A DNA stretch of 64,000 bases, from positions 133,659 through 197,658 of the forward strand of contig JAFQQJ010000040.1 in the NCBI GenBank assembly GCA_017411325.1, in the 5' to 3' direction. Origin of the DNA: Clostridia bacterium (GTDB lineage: Bacteria > Bacillota > Clostridia > CAKSNL01 > HGM11501). Below are positions 52,053-62,468 of the stretch, one piece after another. Position numbers and translations under genes: made by a program. The notes beneath the pieces were generated by a model. That model searched no databases and was not told where the DNA came from. It worked only from the letters and a program-made list of their open reading frames with translations. The stretch's first letter is position 1. Each line of letters begins with the position of its first letter.

Positions 52053-54050
52053 ATGTGTGCAAAAAACACCTATGATAACCAGGCCATCCAAAGCCTTAAG
52101 GGTGCCGAGAGAGTAAGATATAATCCCGGCAATATTTTGGGCTCCAACGGTCTGGAGGGCTGCGAACACACGTTTTTCGAAATTCTTTCCAACTCCATTG
52201 ACGAAGCCAGAGCCGGCTTCGGTAAGGTAATTGAGGTTACCCGTTTTTCCGACCATTCCATTCAGGTAAAGGACTACGGACGCGGAATCCCCCTTGATTA
52301 CAACGAAAAGGAAGAGCGCTATAACTGGGAGCTTGTATTCTGCGAGCTTTATGCCGGCGGTAAATACCACGGTAACGACTCAGACACCTATAAATACAGC
52401 CTGGGCTTAAACGGTCTTGGTGCCTGTGCAACCCAGTACTCCTCCGAATATATGGATGTTGAGGTATGCCGTGACAACTACATCTATTCCCTTCACTTTG
52501 AAAAGGGCGAAAATGTAGGCGGACTTTTGAAAATAGAAACCAACTCCAAGAAAACCTATACTATTCAGAAGTGGCGTCCCGACCTTGAGGTTTTCACGGA
52601 CATAAATATTCCCATCGAATTTTTCACAGAAACCTTAAAGCGTCAGGCAATAGTAAACGCCGGACTTACCTTTATCTTTTTTGACGAAACACCCGAGGGC
52701 ACACAGAAATATGAATTCTGCTATCCCGAAGGAATAAAGGGTCACGCCGAAGAGCTGGCAGGCGAAAACGCAGAAACCGCCATCCGCTATATCGAAGCGG
52801 AAAGAAGCGGCAGAGACCGCGCCGATAAGCCCGAATACAAGGTGAGAATGGAAGCGGCATTCTGCTTTACGCCCTCTGATCCTATGATAGAGTTTTATCA
52901 CAACTCAAGCTTTCTTGAATACGGCGGTGTGCACGATTCGGCAACAAAAACCGCTCTAGTTTATGCCATCGACCAGTATATCCGCCAGTCAAACAAGTAT
53001 CAGAAAAACGAATCCAAGATTACATTTAACGATATTGCGGACTGTCTTATTCTCATAATAAGCTCGTTTTCCACCATTGCAAGCTATGAACATCAGACAA
53101 AGAAGGCTGTAACCAACGCCTTTATAAAGGAAGCTTTAACTGATTTCTTAAAGCATAACTTAGAGGTTTACTTCATCGAAAACCGTGCCGAGGCTGATAA
53201 GATCGCAGAACGTGTTCTCTTAAACAAGAGAAGCCGTGAGACAGCCGAGCGTACAAGGGTAAACTTAAAGAGCAAGAAGATTTCATCTTCCCTTGACGTT
53301 ACAACAAAGATAAAGAAGTTTATCGACTGCAGAACAAAAGATGTTTCCCGTCGTGAGCTCTTTATCGTAGAGGGTGACTCTGCGGCAGGAAGCTGTAAGA
53401 TGAGCCGTGATGCTGAGTTTCAGGCAATTATGCCAATAAGAGGTAAAATCTTAAACTGCTTAAAGGCCGACTTTGATAAGATTTTCAAGAGCGACATAAT
53501 CTTAGACCTTATAAGAATTATGGGTTGCGGAATTGAAGCGAAGACCAAATTAAATAAGGAATTTTCAGACTTTGATATTAACGCACTTAACTACAGCAAA
53601 ATCATCATCTGTACCGATGCCGACTATGACGGCTTCCAGATAAGAACCCTTGTGTTAACAATGATTTACATTCTCACCCCCTCTTTAATTGAGGAAGGAA
53701 AGGTGTTTATTGCGGAAACTCCCCTCTTTGAAATCAACACTAAGGAGAAAAAGAGCAGAACCTTCTTTGCCTATGACGAGAATGAAAAGAATGAAATCTT
53801 AGCGCCCCTTGATGCCGAAGGTGTAAAGTATACCATTCAACGTTCAAAGGGACTTGGTGAAAACGAAGCTGAAATGATGTGGCTTACCACAATGTGTCCC
53901 GAATCCCGTCGTCTGATAAAGGTTATGCCTTCAGACGCCAAGGAAACCGCAGATATGTTCGAGCTTTTCTTAGGCTCCAACTTAGACGGAAGAAAGGACT
54001 ATATCGCAGAAAACGGAAACCAGTATATGGATATGCTTGATATAAGCTGA
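52053..54050 (+). CDS. type IIA DNA topoisomerase subunit B (GyrB/ParE family)
   Basis: GHKL motifs are EILSNSIDEA, DYGRGIP and GLNGLGA. Toprim motifs are ELFIVEGDSAAGS, PIRGKILN and CTDADYDGFQIRTL. No A-subunit gene follows within the window. Confidence 0.8.
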   Translation: MCAKNTYDNQAIQSLKGAERVRYNPGNILGSNGLEGCEHTFFEILSNSIDEARAGFGKVIEVTRFSDHSIQVKDYGRGIPLDYNEKEERYNWELVFCELYAGGKYHGNDSDTYKYSLGLNGLGACATQYSSEYMDVEVCRDNYIYSLHFEKGENVGGLLKIETNSKKTYTIQKWRPDLEVFTDINIPIEFFTETLKRQAIVNAGLTFIFFDETPEGTQKYEFCYPEGIKGHAEELAGENAETAIRYIEAERSGRDRADKPEYKVRMEAAFCFTPSDPMIEFYHNSSFLEYGGVHDSATKTALVYAIDQYIRQSNKYQKNESKITFNDIADCLILIISSFSTIASYEHQTKKAVTNAFIKEALTDFLKHNLEVYFIENRAEADKIAERVLLNKRSRETAERTRVNLKSKKISSSLDVTTKIKKFIDCRTKDVSRRELFIVEGDSAAGSCKMSRDAEFQAIMPIRGKILNCLKADFDKIFKSDIILDLIRIMGCGIEAKTKLNKEFSDFDINALNYSKIIICTDADYDGFQIRTLVLTMIYILTPSLIEEGKVFIAETPLFEINTKEKKSRTFFAYDENEKNEILAPLDAEGVKYTIQRSKGLGENEAEMMWLTTMCPESRRLIKVMPSDAKETADMFELFLGSNLDGRKDYIAENGNQYMDMLDIS

Positions 54051-54101
54051 TTGAATGTGCTATGTTTCAGATTCTTCGGTCATAAATTCCCTCAGAATGA
54101 C

Positions 54102-54136
54102 AAAAAAGATGGACGGAAAAGCGTCCATCTTTTTTC
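54102..54136. terminator. bidirectional intrinsic terminator
   Basis: The sequence aaaaaagatggacg-gaaaa-gcgtccatctttttt lies between convergent genes. Confidence 0.75.
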
Positions 54137-54149
54137 TTATAAGTAATAA

Positions 54150-55400
54150 TTACGCTCTCTTGGAAAGAACGTCCTTTTCGTATGCTACAACTTCGTCGTA
54201 CCAGGAAGCATCGCCCTTTACGCCGCAGCGCTCGCAGTATTCAGCCCAGATATCGCCGAAGGGAAGTGTTTTCATTTCTTCCTGCATAACAAGAAGCTCT
54301 GTAAGCTTGCCTTCGTCCTGAAGAGCCTTAAGCATTGCATTGGGTGTGCACATAGCCATAAGGAGTGCCTTCTGCCAGCTTCTGAGACCAACAGACCAGG
54401 CTGCAATACGGTTAATGGAAGCATCGAAATAGTCAAGAGCCATATAAACTCTGTCAAGAGCATCGTTTCTTACGATTTCCTTTGCCATCTCTCTTGTCTC
54501 GTCGTCGAAAAGCACAACGTGGTCAGAGTCCCATCTGATGGGTCTTGTGATGTGAAGTGCGATTTCGGGGAAGAATGCAAGGAGTGCGGGAATCTTGTCG
54601 GAAACAACCTCTGTGGGATGATAGTGACCGTTATCCATAAGAGGTAAGCATCCGTCGTGTGTTGCCGCAAATGTAAGAGAGAATTCAGCAGAGCCTGTTG
54701 TATAAGCTTCAACGCCGATACCGAATACCTTGGATTCAACACAGGGCTTAACAAGATTCTTGTCGAAGGGTTCAGCTAAGATTTCCTCGATGGATTCCTT
54801 ATAGCGAACTCTGGGACCCATTCTGTCAGCGGGGATATCCTTGAATCCGTCGCCTGTCCAGATGTTCATTACGCAGGGAACGCCTGTTTCCTTTGCGAAA
54901 TATTCAGAAATTCTGATACAAGCCTTACCGTGTTCGATCCAGAACTTTCTTACATTTTCGTCGGGGCTTGAAAGGGTAAGACCTGAGTCAGCCATGGGAT
55001 GAGAGAAGAATGTGGGGTTGAAGTCAAGTCCCATGCCATGCTTCTTTGCAAGTTCAACCCAGGGAGCAAAGTGCTTGGGTTCAAGCTTATCTCTGTCAAC
55101 AAACTCGCCATTGAAAATTGCATAGCAAGCGTGAACGTTTATCTTCTTCATACCGGGGCAAAGGCTCATAACCTTTTCCATATCAGCCATAAGCTCTTCG
55201 GGAGTTCTTGCCTTACCGGGATAGTTACCTGTTGTCTGAATACCGCCGGTTAAGGGGCCGTCGTGGTCGAAACCGATAACATCATCGCCCTGCCAGCAGT
55301 GAAGGGATACGGGAATTGTCTTAAGCTTTTCGATGACAGCATCTGTGTCAATGCCAAGCTTTGCATAGATTTCTTTTGCGTCCTGATATCTTTTAGTCAT
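54150..55400 (-). CDS. rhaA: L-rhamnose isomerase
   Basis: 416 aa. The block IPVSLHCWQGDDVIGF and the overall layout match RhaA. Confidence 0.85.
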   Translation of the reverse strand: MTKRYQDAKEIYAKLGIDTDAVIEKLKTIPVSLHCWQGDDVIGFDHDGPLTGGIQTTGNYPGKARTPEELMADMEKVMSLCPGMKKINVHACYAIFNGEFVDRDKLEPKHFAPWVELAKKHGMGLDFNPTFFSHPMADSGLTLSSPDENVRKFWIEHGKACIRISEYFAKETGVPCVMNIWTGDGFKDIPADRMGPRVRYKESIEEILAEPFDKNLVKPCVESKVFGIGVEAYTTGSAEFSLTFAATHDGCLPLMDNGHYHPTEVVSDKIPALLAFFPEIALHITRPIRWDSDHVVLFDDETREMAKEIVRNDALDRVYMALDYFDASINRIAAWSVGLRSWQKALLMAMCTPNAMLKALQDEGKLTELLVMQEEMKTLPFGDIWAEYCERCGVKGDASWYDEVVAYEKDVLSKRA

Positions 55401-55477
55401 AATTTTTACCTCCTAACATAGTTATCTATATTTTATTACAAAATCATCCAATAGTCAAGTGTTTTCATTTAAATAAA

Positions 55478-55502
55478 GGGAGAAATGCAGTGCATTTCTC
55501 CC
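55478..55502 (-). terminator. intrinsic terminator of the rnf operon
   Basis: On the minus strand, gggagaaatgc-act-gcatttctccc is followed by tttattt. Confidence 0.6.
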
Positions 55503-55512
55503 TCTTCGGTTT

Positions 55513-56298
55513 TTAAATTATGTACTTAATAATCTTCTTGGGGCAGGACTCAAGGCACTTTCCGCAGGCAATACACTTGTCATAATCAATCTGTGCCAGA
55601 TTATCCACTACCTTGATAGCTCCGTTGGTACAAACTCTTTCGCATTTTCCGCAACCGATACAGCCGTTGGGGCAGGTATTTCTCATTGCCGCGCCCTTAT
55701 CGTGAGAATTGCAGGAAACCGCAAGCTTTGCCTTTTCGGGAACTATTCTGATAAGTCCTCTCGGACAGGCTCTCATACAAGCTCCGCAGCCCGTGCACTT
55801 ATCTCTTTCTACATGGGGATTTCCGTCAACCATTGAAAGGGCAGCGGTGGGACAAACCTTTACGCAGTTACCGAGACCGATACATCCGTATGTACAGCTC
55901 TTGGGTCCGCCTGAAAGCTGCGCCGCATAAACACAGTCCTGCGCGCCTTCATACACATATCTGTCTGCCGCACCGTGCTCGCAACCCACAAAGGCAAACT
56001 TTTTTACAAATTCAGATTTTTCGCCCATTATTTCCGCAATGTAGGAAGCAACAGCCTCTCCTCCGACGGAGCAGAGGTCGCAATGTGCTTCGCCTGCGGC
56101 AACCGCTTCAGCATAAGCGGAGCATCCCGCATAACCGCATCCGCCGCAGTTTGCACCGGGAAGAGTTTCCTCAATCAAAGGAATTCTTTCATCTTTTTTC
56201 ACCTTGAAGATAATTCCCGCAACGGCAAGAAGTGCGCCAAAGAAAAGACCTATTCCGCCCACAATCAATGCAGGGGTTAAAATATCCATAAAATTCAT
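55513..56298 (-). CDS. rnfB: Rnf electron-transport complex subunit B
   Basis: It has an N-terminal TM helix, the CGGCGYAGC cluster and several ferredoxin-type CxxCxxCxxxCP motifs. Confidence 0.9.
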   Translation of the reverse strand: MNFMDILTPALIVGGIGLFFGALLAVAGIIFKVKKDERIPLIEETLPGANCGGCGYAGCSAYAEAVAAGEAHCDLCSVGGEAVASYIAEIMGEKSEFVKKFAFVGCEHGAADRYVYEGAQDCVYAAQLSGGPKSCTYGCIGLGNCVKVCPTAALSMVDGNPHVERDKCTGCGACMRACPRGLIRIVPEKAKLAVSCNSHDKGAAMRNTCPNGCIGCGKCERVCTNGAIKVVDNLAQIDYDKCIACGKCLESCPKKIIKYII

Positions 56299-56310
56299 AA
56301 TGCGCCCTCC

Positions 56311-56895
56311 TTAACCTACCGTAAAGCCCGAGAAGCCTAAGAACGCAATCGCCAGAAGCGATGCTGTAATAAGCGCTATCGGGAAGCCTCTTAAAGCCTT
56401 GGGGTATTTTTCATCGTCAAGTCTTTCTCTTATGCCTGCAAGGAGGAGTATCGCAAGAAGGAAGCCCACGCCTGCCATAGCACCCTGCCATACTGCAGTA
56501 ATCACGTTCTCTGAATCTTCTGCCGCAGTAATTGCAACACCCAATACTGCACAGTTTGTTGTTATAAGAGGAAGATAAATTCCAAGGGATGCGTAAAGCG
56601 TGGGAAGTGATTTCTGCAAAAACATTTCAACAAACTGAACAAGTGCCGCAATTATCAGAATAAACACTATCGTCTGCAGATACTCAAATCCGTATGCCTT
56701 AAGCACATACTTATCAACAATAAATGTAAGAAGGTTTGATATAGCCATTACGAAGGTAACGGCGATGCCCATACCAAGGGCTGTTTCGACCTTCTTGGAA
56801 ACTCCGAGGAAAGGACAGATTCCCATAAACTGCACCAATACGAAGTTTTCAACCAGTATTGCCGCAAGGCTTATTGCAAAAAGTTCTGCTATCAT
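56311..56895 (-). CDS. rnfA: Rnf complex subunit A
   Basis: 194-aa polytopic protein with the RnfA/RnfE family pattern (ILVENFVLVQFMGICPFLGVS). Operon position supports the call. Confidence 0.85.
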   Translation of the reverse strand: MIAELFAISLAAILVENFVLVQFMGICPFLGVSKKVETALGMGIAVTFVMAISNLLTFIVDKYVLKAYGFEYLQTIVFILIIAALVQFVEMFLQKSLPTLYASLGIYLPLITTNCAVLGVAITAAEDSENVITAVWQGAMAGVGFLLAILLLAGIRERLDDEKYPKALRGFPIALITASLLAIAFLGFSGFTVG

Positions 56896-57461
56896 TTATC
56901 CTTACCTCCTTTATTGCTGAGTACGCCGAATGCGGCAAGAAGAAGTCCCAGCACTAAAAAGCCTCCGGGAGGAAGGGTGAAGAATCCGATATTTAATACC
57001 GAACCCAAAACCTGTCTTATTGCCGATATGAGCGTTAATGAAACCGTAAATCCGAGTCCCATTCCAAGTCCGTCAAGAAGGGATGAAAAGGGGCCGTTCT
57101 TTGATGCAAAAGCCTCGGCTCTTGCAAGGATTATACAGTTTACAACTATCAGGGGAATGAAAATTCCGAGGCTCTTATATAAATCAGGGAAATATGCCTG
57201 AAGGAGCATCTGAACTATTGTTACAAAGCTTGCAATAACAACTATGTACGCCGCAATTCTTACCTTCTGGGGAATGAATTTACGAAGAAGTGAAATAAAG
57301 AAGTTTGAAAGCATTAATACAACTGTTGCAGAAAGTCCCATACCGATACCGTTTGCCACGGTGGTTGTAACAGCCAGTGTGGGACACATACCAAGCACCA
57401 GTACAAAGGTGGGATTTTCAGTTATTATACCTCTTTTAAGGCTGTCTTTTAAAAGCTTCAT
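56892..57461 (-). CDS. rnfE: Rnf complex subunit E
   Basis: 189 aa with NPTFVLVLGMCPTLAVTT. Operon position supports the call. Confidence 0.85.
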   Translation of the reverse strand: MKLLKDSLKRGIITENPTFVLVLGMCPTLAVTTTVANGIGMGLSATVVLMLSNFFISLLRKFIPQKVRIAAYIVVIASFVTIVQMLLQAYFPDLYKSLGIFIPLIVVNCIILARAEAFASKNGPFSSLLDGLGMGLGFTVSLTLISAIRQVLGSVLNIGFFTLPPGGFLVLGLLLAAFGVLSNKGGKDK

Positions 57462-58030
57462 TCAATCCACTCCTTTGCAAAATATTCCGAGGCGGCCGCC
57501 ACTGCCTTATTTACACCGTTGTCAATTATTCCTTTTGTGGTCTTTGTCGCACCGGTTATGGCAACGATTTCGCCGCCGTCCTTTTCGGTTTTAAGCGGAG
57601 CCACCTTTCCCCTGAACTGCTCCGTAAAGTTTTCGCTGTCAGCCAGAGCGCCAAGTCCCGGAGTTTCAGAATGCTCCAGTACCTTTATACCTGTAACGGT
57701 TACCCCGTCTCTTGCAACGCCTGTCATAAGCACAAGACCTGAGTTATAACCCTTTATGCTCTGCTTTATGGAAATACCCATCACAAAGCCCTGCGCATCA
57801 TAGGACAGAGCCGCCTCAGCACCGGGAAGATAAGCTGAAAAGTCAATAACCTCAGTTTTGTCTGCACCGGGAAGAACATATTCACAGCCCTCCGCGAAAA
57901 CCTTTTTGCTGTTTTCCTCAATAATATCCTTCGTAAGGGTATTTACAAACGCCAGGATAAGTGTTGACACAAAGCAGATTATGAAAAGCTTTAAGGCAAC
58001 AGAAATTATGCCTGTTTTTTCTTTTTCCAT
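57458..58030 (-). CDS. rnfG: Rnf complex subunit G (FMN-binding)
   Basis: ORF 57458..58063. The likely start is M12 at 58030 (MEKEKTGIIS). It has the FMN_bind motif VAITGATKTTKG. Confidence 0.85.
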   Translation of the reverse strand: MEKEKTGIISVALKLFIICFVSTLILAFVNTLTKDIIEENSKKVFAEGCEYVLPGADKTEVIDFSAYLPGAEAALSYDAQGFVMGISIKQSIKGYNSGLVLMTGVARDGVTVTGIKVLEHSETPGLGALADSENFTEQFRGKVAPLKTEKDGGEIVAITGATKTTKGIIDNGVNKAVAAASEYFAKEWIE

Positions 58031-58986
58031 GCAGACACCTCCCCGAATCTTTTCTGACGGCAAGCCTTATCAATCAAAGGTGTTGCCGCATTCATAAGTA
58101 AAATCGAATAGCTTACGCCCTCAGGATATCCGCCGTAAACTCTTATTGCTACGGTAAGAATACCGCAAAGGATACCGCCGACCACCCTTCCCTTTCCTGT
58201 TATGGGGCTTGTTACATAGTCAGTTGCCATAAAGAAAGCACCGAGCATAAGACCGCCGGAAAGAAGATATTTAAGCGTCAGTGTAAAATCAAAGCTTGTT
58301 GCAAAAAGGGTAAGTACGAATACTGTTCCGATATAGCTTAAGGGCATATGTATTCTTATAATACCTGCCGCAATTAAGTAAATGCCGCCCAAAATAAGTA
58401 AAAGAGCACTTGTTTCACCTATGCATCCGCCGGTATTTCCGAAGAATAAATCTGAAAGGGATGCTGCATTTCCTTCTGATGCAAGAGCAAGGGGTGTTGC
58501 ACCCGTAACCGCATCTGCCGCGCTAAAGCTCTTATCAAAAGGAACTGCCCAGGAGGTCATATTTCCCGCAAAGGATGCCATTAAGAATGCTCTGCCTGCC
58601 AGAGCGGGATTCATAAAGTTACAGCCAAGGCCGCCGAAGAGCTGTTTAACAACGATTATTGCAAAAACACATCCGAGCGCCACCTGCCAGTAGGGCATTA
58701 ACGATGATACGTTCATTGCGATAAGCATTCCGGTAACCAGTGCACTTCCGTCAGAAACGGTATTTTTCCTTTTCATTATCTTGTTGTAAACCGTTTCTGA
58801 TAAAAGGCTTGCTGCAATTGATACCAAAATCATAATTGCCGCTCTCGGCCCGAAAACATATACTCCGTAAAATGCCGCAGGGCAAAGAGCAAGAAACACC
58901 TTAAGCATTATATTCTGTGTTTTCTTATAGCTTCGTAAATGCGGTGTTTCGGAAACTATCAAGCTTTTTTCGTCAAAATTTTCCAT
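58006..58986 (-). CDS. rnfD: Rnf complex subunit D
   Basis: 326 aa and polytopic. The flavinylation region is VTGATPL...FMATDYVTSP. Confidence 0.85.
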   Translation of the reverse strand: MENFDEKSLIVSETPHLRSYKKTQNIMLKVFLALCPAAFYGVYVFGPRAAIMILVSIAASLLSETVYNKIMKRKNTVSDGSALVTGMLIAMNVSSLMPYWQVALGCVFAIIVVKQLFGGLGCNFMNPALAGRAFLMASFAGNMTSWAVPFDKSFSAADAVTGATPLALASEGNAASLSDLFFGNTGGCIGETSALLLILGGIYLIAAGIIRIHMPLSYIGTVFVLTLFATSFDFTLTLKYLLSGGLMLGAFFMATDYVTSPITGKGRVVGGILCGILTVAIRVYGGYPEGVSYSILLMNAATPLIDKACRQKRFGEVSAWKKKKQA

Positions 58987-58996
58987 TTATTCCGCC

Positions 58997-60295
58997 TCAC
59001 TTTCCGCTGCGGATTGCATTTTTACCGCGGCGAATTACCGCCACGGGATTTCTGTCCGATGGACAGGTGTATGCACAGCATCCGCATTCTATACAGGACA
59101 TAAGTCCCGACTTTTTAGCCTGTTCCCAGTCCTTTTCTCTTATGCACTTGGTAAGGGCAACCGGCATAAGTCCCATCGGGCACGCCTCAACACATCTTCC
59201 GCATCTGATGCAGGGAACTTCATCCTTTGTACCAAGCTCCTCCTCCGTAAGTGCTAAAATTCCCGAATTGGTTTTTGTAAAGGGGATTTTAAGCGAGTAA
59301 ATGGCACCGCCCATCATAGGCCCGCCTGTTATGAGCTTTGCGGGCTTTTCTGTAAATCCTCCTGCCGCCTCGAAAATTTCTTCAAAGCTCATACCTATTC
59401 TGACGAAATAGTTTCCGGGCTCTTTAACAGCCTTACCCGAAATCGTAACGGTTCTTCTTGTTATGGGAAGTCCCCGTCTTATGGCACGGCTTATTGATGC
59501 CATAGTATCAACGTTAAGCACTAAAACACCCACATCTGCAGGAAGTCCGCCCTCGGGAACTATTCTTCCGGTTACTGCATAAATAAGCTGCTTTTCACTG
59601 CCCTGAGGATATTTGGTTTTAAGAACCTTGATTTTCATTGAGCTTTTAAGCTTTTTGGTAAGTGACGGAACAACGTCCTTTTTATTATCCTCAATTGCTA
59701 TTATGCCGTTTTTTACACCGTAAGCATGAATAACTATGTCAAGTCCGTCAATCATTGCCTCGGGCTTTTCAACCAGTACACGGTAGTCGCTGGTAAGATA
59801 GGGCTCGCATTCAGAGCCGTTTACAATAATTGTATCTATCTTTTTATCCGTTGCAAGCTTGACGTGTGTGGGGAAGCCTGCGCCTCCCATTCCCACAATA
59901 CCTGCCCTGCGGACTTCTTTAATAAGCTCCTCCTTGGTAACATAGCCTTCGGGACGGATGGGATGAAGCTCAACCGATTCTTCGGCAAAGTCATTTCTTA
60001 CGATAATGGCATCCGCCATATCGCCCTTCTGGGTGATTACCTTTTCGATTTTTTCAACCGTGCCCGATACACTGGCGTGAATGGGTGCTGAAACAAACTC
60101 TTTACTGTCTGCAATCATCTGCCCCTTTAACACCCTGTCTCCCTTTTGTACTAAAGGCGTGCATCCTCTTCCGCCCTGGCTTAAAACATATGTAAGTATT
60201 TCACCGGGCTTTATTTTCTTAACCGCCACATTTTTTGTCTGTTCCTTGTGGTCATTGGGATGTATACCGCCTCTGAAGGTTTCGGAAAACATCAA
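58997..60295 (-). CDS. rnfC: Rnf complex subunit C
   Basis: It has the NADH/FMN region GMGGAGFPTHVKL and two 4Fe-4S motifs, CIRCGRCVEACP and CIECGCCAYTCP. Confidence 0.9.
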   Translation of the reverse strand: MMFSETFRGGIHPNDHKEQTKNVAVKKIKPGEILTYVLSQGGRGCTPLVQKGDRVLKGQMIADSKEFVSAPIHASVSGTVEKIEKVITQKGDMADAIIVRNDFAEESVELHPIRPEGYVTKEELIKEVRRAGIVGMGGAGFPTHVKLATDKKIDTIIVNGSECEPYLTSDYRVLVEKPEAMIDGLDIVIHAYGVKNGIIAIEDNKKDVVPSLTKKLKSSMKIKVLKTKYPQGSEKQLIYAVTGRIVPEGGLPADVGVLVLNVDTMASISRAIRRGLPITRRTVTISGKAVKEPGNYFVRIGMSFEEIFEAAGGFTEKPAKLITGGPMMGGAIYSLKIPFTKTNSGILALTEEELGTKDEVPCIRCGRCVEACPMGLMPVALTKCIREKDWEQAKKSGLMSCIECGCCAYTCPSDRNPVAVIRRGKNAIRSGK

Positions 60296-60312
60296 AATCC
60301 CTCCTTTAGATT

Positions 60313-62466
60313 TTATTCAACGAAAAACGTTGCCGAAAGCTCACTGTCCGATGAGTCGTGTGCAACAAACACCAGAAATTCGCCTTCTTCCACTACCTTT
60401 TTCATTTCATCATTTGTAAATGCAAGATCCTTTGCCTTAAGCTTAATTGTAACGGTTTTCTTTTCGCCCTTTTCAAGGTAAAGCTTCTTATAGCCCTTAA
60501 GCTCCTTGACCGGTCTTACTCTGCTTCCGATTAAGTCTCTTATGTAAAGCTGAACAACATCGGCACCGCCATATTCACCTACGTTTTCAACATCAACGCT
60601 TACTTCAATCTGTCCCTTCTTATCCATCTTATCGGATGAGAGCCTTAAATTGGAATATGCAAACTCGGTATAGCTCTTGCCATAGCCGAAGGGATAAAGC
60701 GCACCGATTTCAACGTCCTGATATTTAGCCTCAAAGCGACGCTTGTTATACGCAGGCTTACCTGTCGCAAGGTAGTTATAGTATACGGGAATCTGTCCTG
60801 TGCTTCTGGGGAAGCTTACGGGAAGATGTCCCGAAGGATTGTGTGCGCCTGTAAGCACGTCGGCAACAGCGTGACCTGTTTCTGTTCCTAAATGCCACAT
60901 ATAAACAATTGCAGCTGCTCTGTCTTTATATTCAGAAAGAATCAGAGGTCTTCCTGCACCAACCAGGAGCACCACGGGCTTTCCTGTTTCAAGAAGTTCT
61001 TCGATCAATTCCTTCTGATGGCCGGGTATCTCAATCGAAGAACGGCTTCTTGCTTCGCCTGACATATCACGGTTTTCACCTACGCAGGCAATTACGATAT
61101 CACTCTTTTTTGCCTTTGCCACAGCGCTCTTTATTTCCTTCTTCCAGTCGCCTTCGTCTTCTTCGTCGCCGTATCCGCATCCCTTAGATACGGTGACGCT
61201 TCCCTCATAAAGCTCCTTAAGTCCCTTTTCGATTGTAACGGTTTTATCCTTATCATAAAGACAGGTCCATGTTCCGAGCACCGCAATATTGTCAGATGCA
61301 AGAGGCCCTACGAGGGCAACCTTTTTGCCTTTACTGAGAGGAAGTACGCCGTTGTTTTCCAAAAGCACAATGCAGTTTTTAGCGCATTCTCTTGCCGCTT
61401 CCAGATGTTCCGGAGCAAAGAAACAGCCTTCTCCGTCAGGATCAACATAGGGCTCTTCAAAAAGACCGAGCATATATTTAAGAGTAAGAATTGTAAGAAC
61501 GGAATCGTCCACAAGCTTGGGATCAATTTTACCCTCGTTAATTAACGCGGGAATATTGTCGTTGTAAAGGTCTCCCGCCATAAGCATATCAACACCGCCG
61601 CCGAAGGCAAGACGCGCCGCATCCTTACCGTCCTTTGCATAACCGTGAGGAATTAATTCCATAACAGAGTTTGCATCACTTACAACAAAGCCTGAGAAGC
61701 CAAGCTTTTTACGGAGTACATCACGAAGGAGATATTTGTTTCCTGAGCAGGGAACGCCGTTTACATCGTTGAATGATGCCATAACAGTTGCCGCACCCGC
61801 ATCAATTCCTGCCTTAAAGGGAGGAAGATATACGTCAAAAAGCGTCTGCATAGACATATCAACACTGTCATAGTCACGTCCGCCGACGCATGCACCGTAG
61901 GCAACATAGTGCTTCATGCAGGCAAGAACGTGATCCTTCTGACCTATGTAGTCGCCCTGATAGCCGGCAACTGCCGCACGGGCGAAGTCAGAGCAAAGAT
62001 ATGTATCCTCTCCGTAGCCCTCTGCTATTCTTCCCCATCTGGGATCGCGGGCTATGTCAACCATGGGAGAAAATGTCCACTTGATACCTGCGGCGTAGCA
62101 TTCCTTTGCCGCAATCTCACAGCTTTTTTTGGTAAGCTCAGGCTCCCAGGTTGCCGCCTGAGCAAGCGGGATGGGTGCTGTTGTTCTGTAGCCGTGAATT
62201 ACATCCTCTGCAAAAAGTGCCGGAATCTTAAGTCTTGTGATGGATAAAAGAAGCTCCTGAATTCTGTTGGTCTTCTCTGCACCCTTTATTGTAAGGTAGG
62301 AGCCGACCTTGCCTTCCGCAAAGTGATCCTCAAATACCTGCTCGTCGTTTGTGTAAATAGAGGTACCGAACTGGGAAAGCTGACCGATTTTTTCTGTCAG
62401 ATTCATTTTAGCGAGCATTTCTTCCGCTCTTTTTCTTGATTCTGCATAATGTTTTTTAACGTCCAT
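60313..62466 (-). CDS. glycoside hydrolase family 3 beta-glucosidase-like enzyme
   Basis: ORF 60313..62565. The ATG at 62466 (MDVKKHYAES) lies 7 nt after GGAG. The GH3 blocks are LTEKIGQLSQ and GFSGFVVSDANSV, and there is a C-terminal FnIII-like domain. Confidence 0.85.
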   Translation of the reverse strand: MDVKKHYAESRKRAEEMLAKMNLTEKIGQLSQFGTSIYTNDEQVFEDHFAEGKVGSYLTIKGAEKTNRIQELLLSITRLKIPALFAEDVIHGYRTTAPIPLAQAATWEPELTKKSCEIAAKECYAAGIKWTFSPMVDIARDPRWGRIAEGYGEDTYLCSDFARAAVAGYQGDYIGQKDHVLACMKHYVAYGACVGGRDYDSVDMSMQTLFDVYLPPFKAGIDAGAATVMASFNDVNGVPCSGNKYLLRDVLRKKLGFSGFVVSDANSVMELIPHGYAKDGKDAARLAFGGGVDMLMAGDLYNDNIPALINEGKIDPKLVDDSVLTILTLKYMLGLFEEPYVDPDGEGCFFAPEHLEAARECAKNCIVLLENNGVLPLSKGKKVALVGPLASDNIAVLGTWTCLYDKDKTVTIEKGLKELYEGSVTVSKGCGYGDEEDEGDWKKEIKSAVAKAKKSDIVIACVGENRDMSGEARSRSSIEIPGHQKELIEELLETGKPVVLLVGAGRPLILSEYKDRAAAIVYMWHLGTETGHAVADVLTGAHNPSGHLPVSFPRSTGQIPVYYNYLATGKPAYNKRRFEAKYQDVEIGALYPFGYGKSYTEFAYSNLRLSSDKMDKKGQIEVSVDVENVGEYGGADVVQLYIRDLIGSRVRPVKELKGYKKLYLEKGEKKTVTIKLKAKDLAFTNDEMKKVVEEGEFLVFVAHDSSDSELSATFFVE

Positions 62467-62468
62467 TT

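Noticed and set aside
60296-60312. I considered a fusion or co-regulation of the GH3 gene with the rnf operon, given the 17-nt gap.
   Set aside because: The close spacing alone is insufficient. There is no overlap and no shared function, and rnfC has its own RBS. This is noted but not pursued as a finding.
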